A stretch of DNA of 64,000 bases from Chloroflexota bacterium (GTDB taxonomy: Bacteria; Chloroflexota; UBA6077; FW602-bin22; JAMCVK01), in the NCBI GenBank assembly GCA_023475225.1, contig JAMCVK010000035.1, positions 11,212 through 75,211 of the forward strand, read 5' to 3'. Positions 1 to 9,441 of the stretch are shown piece by piece; within the stretch, counting starts at the first letter, position 1, and each line of letters opens with the position of its first letter. The notes beneath the pieces are model-generated. The model was not told the origin of the DNA. It did not search any database and saw only the letters and a program-made list of their open reading frames with translations. Made by a program: the position numbers and the translations under genes.

Positions 1-11
1 GAGCAGCCTAT

Positions 12-1385
12 CTAGTGACGACTGGTGGGGATACCAACCTCCATCGTCCCCAGCATCAGCCGACGGACCTCACGGATGCTCAGCACAGCGATGGCTAAGA
101 CTACTAGTCCCACGAAGGCGATCACTTTGTTGATGCCAAAGAGGTCAGCCAGGCTACCTAAGAAGAGTAGTGGTAACACTGAGGCAAGATTGCCCAACAT
201 TATCTGTACGGCAAAGATACGTCCCCGCGTTGAAGCCGGTGCTCTTTCCATCAGGATCGTCTGGGAGGGGATAGTAGTCAAGGCGAAGGCGTATCCTAGA
301 ATAAAGGAGATGATCATCACCGCTGGCACCAGTCCGCTCAGGGAGGGACGCAGGGACAATCCAAGGCGTACGATCAATTCCTGTAGAGCGAAATGTCGGC
401 CGATCCAGTAAAGGCTGGCCATCAAGAACAGGGAAGAACCCATCCCTATCAATCCCCCATTCACCAAGAGCGATTTACCAAACTTATCAGCCAGTCTACC
501 CATCATCATTGTCCCCAACAGCACCCCAACCCCGGCTGGAGCGAAGATGTAAACAGCATCGTCAGCGCGGATATTCAACACAGCCACAACGTAGCGTGGG
601 GTGAGCATAGCCAATACGAGCATCAGACAAGCAGCCAGGGTTAGGTGTACCATAGCTAGAGCAGTTCGGCGATCGGCGGTAATAAATTGCCAACCCTCAC
701 GAATCTCCATCCATACTTTACTTACTAAAGTTCCTCCTTGCAGCCCTGAAAATCTTCGGTGCGGATCCTCCTCTTTGGGTAGCAGAGACACAAGAAGGGT
801 AGCCACCACATAGATGAGGCTAGAGATGATAAAGAGACTCTGGGCACCAAAGAACTTGATCAAAGGTGGGGCTAAGACGACGAACCCCACCACCTGCGAG
901 GCAGTGAAGGTAAGGTTGAAAAGAGAGTTAGCTGTAATCAGCTGTCTTTTAGACACCAGCAGAGGGATAGTCGCGGCCTCTGCCGGGGCAAAGAATTGAC
1001 TTATGGAACAGAAGAGGAGGTTGATCAGGTAGACAGGGACGAGAGAATAGCCATAAAGAAGGTAGCCTAAAGCAACGATGGCGCGCAGCAGGTTAGTCGT
1101 GAGCAAAACCATCTTCTTGCGCATACGATCGACGAAGACACCAGCGATCATGCCTAACGCTATCGAGGGGATGATTGAGGAGAGGATGGCAATGCTGAGC
1201 TGCATACTGGAACGACTTTGATCCTCGACTACTACTATCAGGCCAAACCAGATAGCGTTTTGAGCCGTTTGGGTGATCGCTTGAGCGAGCCAGAGGAAGA
1301 GGAAATGGCGGTTGCGCAGCACCGACGTGGTGCCTATTTCTGGATTGTGTTGTGACATCACTCCTTGCCTATCCTCGAGAGACAA
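12..1385 (-). CDS. MFS transporter
   Basis: The 457-aa ORF has about 12 hydrophobic helices and an MFS-like basic loop ([10 protein letters not shown]) after TM2. The start is uncertain: TTG at 1385 overlaps the upstream gene by 17 nt, and the alternative is ATG at 1358 (MSQHNPE). Confidence 0.8.
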   Translation of the reverse strand: MSLEDRQGVMSQHNPEIGTTSVLRNRHFLFLWLAQAITQTAQNAIWFGLIVVVEDQSRSSMQLSIAILSSIIPSIALGMIAGVFVDRMRKKMVLLTTNLLRAIVALGYLLYGYSLVPVYLINLLFCSISQFFAPAEAATIPLLVSKRQLITANSLFNLTFTASQVVGFVVLAPPLIKFFGAQSLFIISSLIYVVATLLVSLLPKEEDPHRRFSGLQGGTLVSKVWMEIREGWQFITADRRTALAMVHLTLAACLMLVLAMLTPRYVVAVLNIRADDAVYIFAPAGVGVLLGTMMMGRLADKFGKSLLVNGGLIGMGSSLFLMASLYWIGRHFALQELIVRLGLSLRPSLSGLVPAVMIISFILGYAFALTTIPSQTILMERAPASTRGRIFAVQIMLGNLASVLPLLFLGSLADLFGINKVIAFVGLVVLAIAVLSIREVRRLMLGTMEVGIPTSRH

Positions 1386-1557
1386 ATTCTTTTACTCGCC
1401 TCTCAAAGGTGCGGCGAGGCAATAGAACGCGATGATTACACTTAAGGCACTTAAGACCAATATCGGCGCCAAGTCTTACCACTCGCCACTCGTAGCCGCC
1501 ACAGGGATGGGGCTTTCTTAAGCGCACCACATCGTCAAGCCCAACTTCGAGGACCAT
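1369..1557 (-). CDS. DUF951-family small protein (Cys-pair, zinc-ribbon-like)
   Basis: The 62-aa ORF contains KPHPCGG...CLKCNHRV, which is typical of the small conserved DUF951 proteins. Confidence 0.6.
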   Translation of the reverse strand: MVLEVGLDDVVRLRKPHPCGGYEWRVVRLGADIGLKCLKCNHRVLLPRRTFERRVKEFVSRG

Positions 1558-1639
1558 TCACTACTACTCCCTAATCACCATTTCAGCCCATTATATCATA
1601 GCCAATATTGGCCGAGGGGAATCCACCCTTGGGTTCTTC

Positions 1640-2494
1640 CTATTCAAGTTCTCGCTGATGAACCTGGCGGAAACGGTTGATCTCCTCACGTAGACTTAAG
1701 GCTACCCTTCTAGCTGCCAGGGCGAAATCGCTCTCAACCGAAGCATACAGAACCTGACGCGAGGAGCTTATGATGGCTAATTCTCCGTGCTCATCGCTAC
1801 CATAGCGGACAGAGGCCTCCAAATCACCCTTTTGGGCTCCAATACCCGGGATGAGGATGGGCAAGGTGGGAGCTATTTCGCGCACCCGCTTCAACTCCAT
1901 CGGATAGGTTGCCCCGACCACCAGACCACAATTGCCATAGATGTTCCACTTGACCACACGCTCAGCGATTATCTCATAAAGGCGCTGCGCCCGTCGGGAA
2001 TCCGTGTCCGTAACGAAGAGATCCTGAAAGTCTGTTGCCCCCGGATTTGACGTCTTGCACAAGACAAGGACCCCTTTTTCCTTATAGTCCAGGAAGGGTT
2101 GTAAGGAATCATGTCCCAGGTAAGGGTTCACCGTGAGCGCATCGAAACCGAAGACCTCCAGGATGCTCCGGGCATAGCTTCTGGCGCTGGAGCCGATGTC
2201 ATTGCGCTTAGCATCGGCGATGGTGGGAATCTCAGCGGGGATATAGCGCAATGTCCGTTGTAGTGCCTCCAGACCAGAAATACCCAGGGCCTCGTAGAAG
2301 GCCAGATTTGGTTTATAAGCACAAACGACATCCACCGTAGCATCAATGATGGCCTTGTTGAAGGTGAAGACAGGGTCTTCGTGAGCGAGTACCCCCTTAG
2401 GAAGCAAATCGAGATCGACATCCAGTCCAACGCAAAGCCAACTCTTATTCTTCCGCGAAAGCTGGAGTAGCTTATCGACAAAGGCGACCATCAT
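1640..2494 (-). CDS. pyrF: orotidine 5'-phosphate decarboxylase (type 2)
   Basis: Motifs LCVGLDVD, KPNLAFYEA and DAKRNDIGSS are present. The 284-aa length fits the long PyrF subclass. Confidence 0.85.
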   Translation of the reverse strand: MMVAFVDKLLQLSRKNKSWLCVGLDVDLDLLPKGVLAHEDPVFTFNKAIIDATVDVVCAYKPNLAFYEALGISGLEALQRTLRYIPAEIPTIADAKRNDIGSSARSYARSILEVFGFDALTVNPYLGHDSLQPFLDYKEKGVLVLCKTSNPGATDFQDLFVTDTDSRRAQRLYEIIAERVVKWNIYGNCGLVVGATYPMELKRVREIAPTLPILIPGIGAQKGDLEASVRYGSDEHGELAIISSSRQVLYASVESDFALAARRVALSLREEINRFRQVHQRELE

Positions 2495-2946
2495 TCCCTC
2501 CTTTTAATTCTGTGTGTCCCTGGAAGGAATAGCTAGCGATCATCCCAGTCGCGAATAGAGTAATCTGAGATTGCACCGTAAGAGCAAGTGCTAATAATGG
2601 CTGGGGCTAGCCAGACGGAGCTCGTCCAGCTAGGATAGGAACTCTACCAAACGTTCTATAGATTCGCGCCGGGAGGTAGCACCATGATACAGTTTGGCGA
2701 GTGCGTTTGCAACCTCTGGGGCTATCCCGATGGCTTGGGCTGCTTGGTTATGCTAGGAGCTAAGCAGCTATGGCTGAGGGGAGGGGAAAAGGCAAGGGCT
2801 TCCACCAGGCGATGATCCCTGTCGCCAGGCTGATTTATTACCTATCAGAGGAAGATTCTGATGGGCATCTCCTCTATCAACCTTGCGCTTGATGCCACCG
2901 ATCTGCAGACGACGGCCAGGCACATTGTGACAGGGGTGAAGGTTTT

Positions 2947-4077
2947 CTATACCGCCTTGAATTTCGGCAGTACCCAACGGTGCCCGGCCAAAAAGGCGAG
3001 TGCAGCCAGCCCCACGATCCACACGGCCAACAACCATTCTGTCAGAGTAGGGAAATATTCGTAAGTCAATCCTGGTCCCGTGTAAGCCAGCCGCAGCGCG
3101 TCGAACTCGGGCACGGTCATTGCCGGAAAGACGATGTTAGAACGCGCCACCGCAAAGCCCAGGAGTATCAACATTCCCGCCCAACCCGCAAGCGCGGGTT
3201 GTCGGCCCCACCGGGGCACCACCAAAATGATCAGTGGAATCAGTGTCCCTAGGCCTATTTGCAGAATCCAGAACGCCCACCAGTAGGGGCCAAAAAGCAC
3301 CATATTGACCGCCGCGACGTTCTCGGGCACACCGCCGTACAGACTCTGTGAATAGTCTGCCCACAGAAAGTAGAGTTTGACGATTTGCAGTGCGATCGTC
3401 GCCAGGGCCAGGATGCCCAGCAGTTGGTCACGCCGTGGTACCGCCTGCTCGTCCACAAGTTCGAGGATAACCAGCATCAACGCCGCGCCGGAGGCGACCG
3501 AGAATACTGGAAACTGAGCAGGGAACAGGCCGACGTGCCAGAACAGCCGGCTGGCTTCAACGCCGAGCAGCGCGCCTACTGCGCCACTCAGGTACAGCGC
3601 GAGCGGGATGCCGAGCCACATCAGCACCTTGAGCCAGCGGTCGAACCCGCCACGCCATCGCAAGACCAGCGCGACGAGGATCAGTAAGCCGAACAGTGTA
3701 TAGCCCCACACGATTTGCGCCATCACTGAGCTGGGGCTGGGGCTCAAGTACACATTCCAGATTCGACTCATCCACCCCAGGTCGAGCCAGATTTGCAGTA
3801 GCCCCGCGCCCAGCGCGACTAACGCAGCGAACAGGGCGGCCGGCGCGACACCGGCGAAGATGCGAATTCCCAACGGAATATCGAGGGCAGCAATCAGGAA
3901 TATCCCCGCTGCCAGCCCGACAAAGAACAGATACATCGCCACCCACAAGCCCCACGGCACGTACGAACCGTAGGCTGTGTTCAGATGTCCAGTCGTCAAA
4001 CGTTGGAACAGCCCGATGCTGCCAACCGCGAATGCGACAACACTGAGTCCCCACAATATCTTAGTATTGATTTTCAT
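2947..4077 (-). CDS. NrfD/PsrC-type polytopic membrane anchor of a molybdoenzyme complex
   Basis: The 376-aa ORF is very hydrophobic with at least 8 predicted helices. It is the last gene of the FeS / Mo-subunit / chaperone operon and overlaps the chaperone gene by 4 bp (4074-4077). Confidence 0.8.
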   Translation of the reverse strand: MKINTKILWGLSVVAFAVGSIGLFQRLTTGHLNTAYGSYVPWGLWVAMYLFFVGLAAGIFLIAALDIPLGIRIFAGVAPAALFAALVALGAGLLQIWLDLGWMSRIWNVYLSPSPSSVMAQIVWGYTLFGLLILVALVLRWRGGFDRWLKVLMWLGIPLALYLSGAVGALLGVEASRLFWHVGLFPAQFPVFSVASGAALMLVILELVDEQAVPRRDQLLGILALATIALQIVKLYFLWADYSQSLYGGVPENVAAVNMVLFGPYWWAFWILQIGLGTLIPLIILVVPRWGRQPALAGWAGMLILLGFAVARSNIVFPAMTVPEFDALRLAYTGPGLTYEYFPTLTEWLLAVWIVGLAALAFLAGHRWVLPKFKAV

Positions 4078-4739
4078 GCTGTAACCTCCGTATCGATAGG
4101 ATGTTTCTGGACCTCCAGAATTTCACGCAACCATGCGGCGTCGGATTCCAGCAATGCGCAGGTCAGGTTAGCCAGGCCGATAAAGAATGGGTGAGCTGTC
4201 GCGGACACGACCGTCGATCCGAACCGTGGCACCCACGTCAAGAGATGTTCGCGCAGAAACGTGGCCGAACCTGCCAGTGCGCGCGGGGATTCGCCGTCAT
4301 GCGCTGCTATCTCGTATGCTAGATACGCCATAAAGCCGAGTTCCAGCGCGAGATGATCCGGCGGAACGCGTCCGTCGTCCCGCGGACGCACATTCCAGGC
4401 GAGATAGGCGCGGCGGGCCGCGAGAGCAGCGGGACCCATCAATTGCCTTTCGTTCAAGTAGAACGAGGCATAGGCGGGCGCAGCGGGTTGCCCAGGCCCT
4501 TCAAACAGCCGTGTTGCCTCGACGTTCAACGTCTCCACAAACATGGCGCGCTCAGGCGCCGCCGCAATGCGCGCTTGCATCACCACGAGCGCGTCGAACA
4601 GCGCAGTGGGCGCGTTCTCGACGCGGAGCGCCATTACCGCATCCAGCGCCGCGCTATCTAACGGGTAGGTATAGAGCCGCGCCAGCAAATCATACATTGC
4701 TGCACGCGCGTGCAGGAAATTCAATTCGCTCATCATCAC
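4074..4739 (-). CDS. TorD/DmsD-family molybdoenzyme maturation chaperone
   Basis: The 221-aa, all-helical-looking ORF has an N-terminus (ARAAMYDLLARLYTYPLD) typical of the TorD/NarJ (nitrate reductase delta) family. It lies between the Mo subunit and the membrane anchor. Confidence 0.7.
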   Translation of the reverse strand: MMMSELNFLHARAAMYDLLARLYTYPLDSAALDAVMALRVENAPTALFDALVVMQARIAAAPERAMFVETLNVEATRLFEGPGQPAAPAYASFYLNERQLMGPAALAARRAYLAWNVRPRDDGRVPPDHLALELGFMAYLAYEIAAHDGESPRALAGSATFLREHLLTWVPRFGSTVVSATAHPFFIGLANLTCALLESDAAWLREILEVQKHPIDTEVTA

Positions 4740-4779
4740 TTCTCAGGTGGGACACACTTGAAGTGCATCACACCTCTGC

Positions 4780-7593
4780 CTATACCTTCTTCACCTTCAC
4801 GAGCATATCCACATAGGCGGGCTGCCCCATAATCGGTGAGAGTGCAGCGGGATCCACCAGGGCATTGTGGTTGATGGTCACATCCTTGAAGTAATAGTTC
4901 TTGCCCAGACCGGGGCTGAATCGCCCACCACTGCCGAATGCCACGCGCAAGGTGCCGGGGCGGATTGTTTCGACCGCGAGGATTTTACCCCGCGCCTTGT
5001 GACCCAACGGCGTCTCTAACTCCACTAAGTCGCCAGTCTTGAGTCCGAGTTTGTCTGCGTCGGCGCGGTTCATTTGAATCACGCCGATGGACCAGGTTCC
5101 CCGGGCCATTTTCACGCGTCGCCCGGTCGGCTTAGGCCCATCTGGGCCAACAAGGATTTCGTCGTATTCGATTTCGTCGTTGAGTGGATACCAGATATCC
5201 TCGACCACAAACCGTCCCAACCAGTCCACCATTTGTGTGCCGGACATCGCGTGGTGGATGCGGCCAGAGATGAGTTGGAACGGATAATCGTTCTTGTACT
5301 TGGTAAAGGCTGGGTTAGTATACGGGTTCCACAACGTCTCAAACCAGTAGAAGGTGCTGGGGTAACGCGTCCAGCCGAGCGCGGCAATGCCGGGTGGCAC
5401 GTTGCCGCTCTCCTCGATCAGTTTGTTGTATTTGGCGTATTGCCCAAAACGCTTCTCGCCTACCTTCCAATCCCACTTGAACTCGATTTTATTGGAACTG
5501 GTCTTAAGGATACCACCGCCTTCGTAGCGATACCACGACATTGGCCAGACCGCAACGCCGTGGTGTTCGCGCAGCCATTTCACCGTCACCGGCTCGCCCT
5601 TAATCTCTTTCTTAGCGTCGTCGATCTTGACGCGCCCTGCTTCCAGGCTGTCCGGAGCGCCGATGAGCTTGTATCCTTTAGGCAAGTTGGGGTAGGGGAG
5701 AGGTGTGCCGATGTTTGGTTTACCCGGCGCGCCCGCGAGCGCTTCGGTCCAGAACTCTTCTTCGCTCTTGTATTTTTCCCAGAAATCGCTTCCCTTGATA
5801 TCCGGGTCGCCCCGGTCCACCAGCGCCTTGGCGAGTAGCAGCATAATGTCGAATGGCGTCTTGGACTCGAACTGCTTCTCGATGACAAAATCGCGCAGCC
5901 AGATCATCGGATGCGAAGGGTACACGTCTGATAGGCTCATCCGCTCGAGATACGACGCTTCGGGGAGCACTACATCGGCGTAAAGTCCGTGTTCGAGGAA
6001 CGGCGTGTCAATGTAGACCGACAGTTCGACTTTGTAGTTGCCCTTGTCGTCTTTCACCGTCAGCGCTTCGGTCCACTTATGCGTATTCGAGCCGGTAATG
6101 ACTGAATTGCCAGTGCGCAGAATGTATGCCTTGATGGGATATTTGTGACCACGGAACGGCCCCTGCTTCAGCGTCACGCCTTCCAGGAAGCGGCGTGGAT
6201 AATCGCCCACCACGTCGTCCCACGCGGCCGGCCAGTCGCCAAGGCCGTCCATGTGCAATTCTTCCTGCTTGCCTTCGACTTCCTTGTCGTTCACTGTACG
6301 CTTGACCTTGCGCGAGAGGAATTGCTTGCCCGTGGCGCTGCCACCCTTGTCCGATTTGACGATCTCGGTGTCAATCCCGCCGCCGGGCGCGTCAAAATTG
6401 CCGGTGATGACATTGAGCGCGGTGCCAAGGATGGAGGCAACGTAACCGTTGTAGTGATGGCCGATCCCGTTCATCCCCCAAACCAGTGCGGCAGGTTTAC
6501 TGATGCCGAAGGTATGCGCGAGTTCGACGATGCGTTCGGCGGGGATGTCGGTGCGCTGGGCCACCCATTCAATGGTAAAGTAGTCCAAGCCGTTGATGGG
6601 GTCTTTTTTGTTCCACCATGCTTTGAACGCGGCGACAAATTCATCCCACCCTTCGCTGTACTCTTTGAACGACCAGTCAATATAGCGGCGGAATGGATCC
6701 TTGGGGTTGTCGTTTTCGAGAATGTAGCGCAGTATAGCAGCGAACAAATCAGCATCCGTGCCCGTGCGAATGGGGATCCACTGGTCGGCCTTGCTGGCGG
6801 TGTTCGACAGCGCAGGGTCAATCACAATGATCTTGGCTCCTGCTGCCTTCGCGCCCACGGTGCCGCGCGATTCGTAATTGATGCGCGTGGCGGTAAAGGG
6901 ATTCCAGCCGGCGTAGATAATCAACTTAGTGCGGTAGGTGTAATCGTTCTTGAGTGTGCCGTCCACCTGCCGCAAGAGAACCGGGCGCATCACGTCTGGC
7001 TCGACGCGCTTGCCGCCAAACATCAACTTGGGTCCGTGGCGACGCGGGGTGTCACAAATTGCGCCATGTTCAGTGCAGTGAGGCGTGCCGAAGGCGAAGA
7101 AAAGACGCCAGTAACAATCGCGGTCGGTCACGTCGCCCGCGTCCATGATGACGGACTCCGGGCCGTACTGCTTCTTGATGGCGGTCAGTTTGTCGGCGAT
7201 ATAGGCGATGGCTTCATCCCAACTAACGCGCTTGAATTTGCCTTCGCCGCGTTCGCCGACGCGGATCATCGGATACTTAATGCGATTGGGGTTGTACACC
7301 ATTTGCAAACCGGCTGCGCCTTTGGCACATACTGTGCCGGCATTATACGGCACGTAAGGGTTGCCGTAGATTGCAGAGGCGACGCCGTTGACCACGTTGA
7401 CCGCGAGGCCACATTCGGCGGGACACATCACATCGGCAGTGTATCTCACTTGGGGCGTTTCCGCCAAGAGGCGCGCCGCTTCTGTGCTGCTCAGGCGTTC
7501 AAACAACCCCACGCCAGTCACTGCGCCTGCCGCCAGGCCACTGATTTTTAGAAAATCACGTCGCGAAATTTTTTTATTATTCATTGTTGTCAC
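4780..7593 (-). CDS. molybdopterin (bis-MGD) oxidoreductase catalytic subunit, Psr/Phs/Ttr/Arr-like, Tat-exported, substrate unknown
   Basis: The 937-aa ORF has the twin-arginine motif SRRDFLKISGLAAGA. The N-terminal FeS motif reads D-x2-C-x3-C-x27-C. A candidate Mo-ligand Cys lies in HGAICDTPRRHG, and the protein has a C-terminal molydopterin-binding beta-barrel-like tail. Confidence 0.9.
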   Translation of the reverse strand: MTTMNNKKISRRDFLKISGLAAGAVTGVGLFERLSSTEAARLLAETPQVRYTADVMCPAECGLAVNVVNGVASAIYGNPYVPYNAGTVCAKGAAGLQMVYNPNRIKYPMIRVGERGEGKFKRVSWDEAIAYIADKLTAIKKQYGPESVIMDAGDVTDRDCYWRLFFAFGTPHCTEHGAICDTPRRHGPKLMFGGKRVEPDVMRPVLLRQVDGTLKNDYTYRTKLIIYAGWNPFTATRINYESRGTVGAKAAGAKIIVIDPALSNTASKADQWIPIRTGTDADLFAAILRYILENDNPKDPFRRYIDWSFKEYSEGWDEFVAAFKAWWNKKDPINGLDYFTIEWVAQRTDIPAERIVELAHTFGISKPAALVWGMNGIGHHYNGYVASILGTALNVITGNFDAPGGGIDTEIVKSDKGGSATGKQFLSRKVKRTVNDKEVEGKQEELHMDGLGDWPAAWDDVVGDYPRRFLEGVTLKQGPFRGHKYPIKAYILRTGNSVITGSNTHKWTEALTVKDDKGNYKVELSVYIDTPFLEHGLYADVVLPEASYLERMSLSDVYPSHPMIWLRDFVIEKQFESKTPFDIMLLLAKALVDRGDPDIKGSDFWEKYKSEEEFWTEALAGAPGKPNIGTPLPYPNLPKGYKLIGAPDSLEAGRVKIDDAKKEIKGEPVTVKWLREHHGVAVWPMSWYRYEGGGILKTSSNKIEFKWDWKVGEKRFGQYAKYNKLIEESGNVPPGIAALGWTRYPSTFYWFETLWNPYTNPAFTKYKNDYPFQLISGRIHHAMSGTQMVDWLGRFVVEDIWYPLNDEIEYDEILVGPDGPKPTGRRVKMARGTWSIGVIQMNRADADKLGLKTGDLVELETPLGHKARGKILAVETIRPGTLRVAFGSGGRFSPGLGKNYYFKDVTINHNALVDPAALSPIMGQPAYVDMLVKVKKV

Positions 7594-7596
7594 CTG

Positions 7597-8505
7597 CTAT
7601 ACCAGATAGTACAACTTGGGTTCCGTGCCGAGTTCCTCTTTCAGACGCATCACGTTCGGCTGGCCGATAAGACTGCTCACCAAACTCTGCGCGTCGTTAG
7701 CATCGCCAAAGAACGTGGCACGCCCCATACAACTCAGAACACACGCCGGTAACTCGCCGCGCTCGATGCGGTGAATGCAGAAATGGCACTTGCGAGCGTT
7801 GCCAACTGGTGAGGCATGGCGCGTACGCACCCGCGGGGTTTTGTACTCTTGTGCGGCGACCTTTTCGTAGGGTTGGGGATCGCCCCCTTCAAAGTCACTG
7901 TAGAAATAGCCAGCGTCGAAGGTGCGCGCGCTGTACGGGCACGCGGTCAAGCAGTACCGGCAGCCGATGCAGCGCTCATAGTCGATCACGATGATACCGT
8001 CCACCCGTTTATAGGTCGCATTGACGGGGCATACATCAGTGCAGGGTGGGTTCTTGCACTGCATACAGGGACGGGGAATAAAACGGCGTGAGACGTTAGG
8101 ATAGGTTCCGCGGGTTTCAGTCATCACAGGGCGATACACGATGCCAGGCGGGAGTTTGTTTTCCGTCACACACGCGATCGCACAGCCTTGGCAGCCAACG
8201 CATTTCCGCAAGTCAATTGCCATAGACCAGCGGCGTTGATTGACCGGCTTGAGCAGCGCGCGGCGCAAGTCCTGCATCATGCGCAAAATCGGATCTTCAC
8301 CTGCGACGGCTGGCGGCAGATCAGGCAGTGGCACGAGGTCTGGTGCTTGGGCAGGGGGCTTGGCTTGAACCGGCGTCACACCACCGAGCACTGCCGGCGC
8401 GACCAAGCCCGCGAAAACACCACTGGCGAATTTGACCAGAAAATCACGCCGTGGCTCCTCCGTGTCCAGCGTCCCAAGGGCAGTCGTCTCCGGGATGTTC
8501 GTCAT
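7597..8505 (-). CDS. 4x[4Fe-4S] ferredoxin-type electron-transfer subunit with its own Tat signal
   Basis: Four Cys clusters are present: [37 protein letters not shown] and CHFC...CVLSC. The N-terminus carries RRDFLVKF followed by an h-region and AxA (VQAKP). Confidence 0.9.
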   Translation of the reverse strand: MTNIPETTALGTLDTEEPRRDFLVKFASGVFAGLVAPAVLGGVTPVQAKPPAQAPDLVPLPDLPPAVAGEDPILRMMQDLRRALLKPVNQRRWSMAIDLRKCVGCQGCAIACVTENKLPPGIVYRPVMTETRGTYPNVSRRFIPRPCMQCKNPPCTDVCPVNATYKRVDGIIVIDYERCIGCRYCLTACPYSARTFDAGYFYSDFEGGDPQPYEKVAAQEYKTPRVRTRHASPVGNARKCHFCIHRIERGELPACVLSCMGRATFFGDANDAQSLVSSLIGQPNVMRLKEELGTEPKLYYLV

Positions 8506-8649
8506 TTGCTCCTCCTTTCGATAATATGGAGCAATGGAATGGATCTAGAAATCTTCCTCTGAATACGCTACTGGAGATAGGCAGCGAAAACAACTGGGAA
8601 AAACCAGGGGAAGTGGACTAGGGATTTCCCTAGTTGTTACGGCGTTGAG

Positions 8650-8784
8650 GGTGCCGCTTCAACCGTTGCGCATCACTTACGTATGCTGGAAGAGGTGGAG
8701 CTAATCACGGCCTGGCAAGAAGGGAAGTTTATCCTGCATGTGTTCAACGTGGATTTGGTAACGAGGCACTGCGTGTTCAGATAA
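8650..8784 (+). pseudogene. ArsR/SmtB-family HTH regulator remnant (C-terminal part only)
   Basis: The frame containing 8641..8784 translates to GVEGAASTVAHHLRMLEEVELITAWQEGKFILHVFNVDL. This matches the recognition helix and wing of ArsR-family proteins (S-TVSHHL-xL--AGLV---R-G). No matching N-terminal half is present, and there is an in-frame stop at 8578. Confidence 0.45.
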
Positions 8785-8794
8785 CCAAGTCCGG

Positions 8795-9439
8795 TCAAGG
8801 GATCAACCCGCGCTGCACCGCATAGCGGATGAGATCGGCCCGGGTGGCGAAGCCCAGTTTGCGTAGAATGTTCGCGCGATGAAAATCCACAGTCTTGACG
8901 CTGATGAATAAGGCTTCGGCGATTTGCTGGTACGTCTGGCCCTGCGCAAGAAGCACCAGCACTTCACGTTCGCGGTCTGAAAGGGTCTCGTACGGATCAG
9001 CTGGGCTGGCGCCACGGCGGACGTCGTCGACGACGATGCCGGCGACAGAGGGATCCAGAAACATTCCGCCGGCATGAACGACGCGGATCGCGTTCAGCAA
9101 TTCGTCCCCCTCGGCACGTTTAAGGACGTAGCCGGACGCGCCGACGCGCAAGGCGGGGAGAATGTATTCCTTGTTCTCGTGTTGGGTCAGAATGAGGACA
9201 CGGGTGTGCGGACTGGTCTCGCAGATCTGCCGCGTCGCCGCGAGTCCGTCTAACCTCGGCATACCAATATCCATCAGCACGACATCAGGCTGGAGTTCGC
9301 GCGCTCGCGCCAGCGTTTGCAGTCCATCGCCTGCCTCACCCACCACCTGCATATCGGGCTGCATTTCCAAAAGGGCGCGGATCCCCGCGCGCAAGACGGC
9401 GTGATCGTCAGCAAGCAGAATTTTGATTTTGTTCGGCAT
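8795..9439 (-). CDS. NarL/LuxR-family response regulator
   Basis: The receiver domain has ILLADDH...VLMDIGMP and the C-terminus has a LuxR HTH ([36 protein letters not shown]). The start is set at ATG 9439 (MPNKIKILL), 2 nt after the kinase stop. The longer ORF to 9508 would overlap the kinase. Confidence 0.9.
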   Translation of the reverse strand: MPNKIKILLADDHAVLRAGIRALLEMQPDMQVVGEAGDGLQTLARARELQPDVVLMDIGMPRLDGLAATRQICETSPHTRVLILTQHENKEYILPALRVGASGYVLKRAEGDELLNAIRVVHAGGMFLDPSVAGIVVDDVRRGASPADPYETLSDREREVLVLLAQGQTYQQIAEALFISVKTVDFHRANILRKLGFATRADLIRYAVQRGLIP

Positions 9440-9441
9440 AT

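Noticed and set aside
6145-7551. A 468-aa plus-strand ORF lies antisense to the molybdopterin subunit. There are similar long antisense ORFs at 5074-5838, 9664-10305 and 27025-28650.
   Set aside because: These ORFs lie entirely inside much longer, motif-rich genes on the other strand, within the GC-rich segments. High GC suppresses stop codons in antisense frames. Their translations are low-complexity and Arg/Gly/Ala/Pro/His-rich, with no recognisable motifs.
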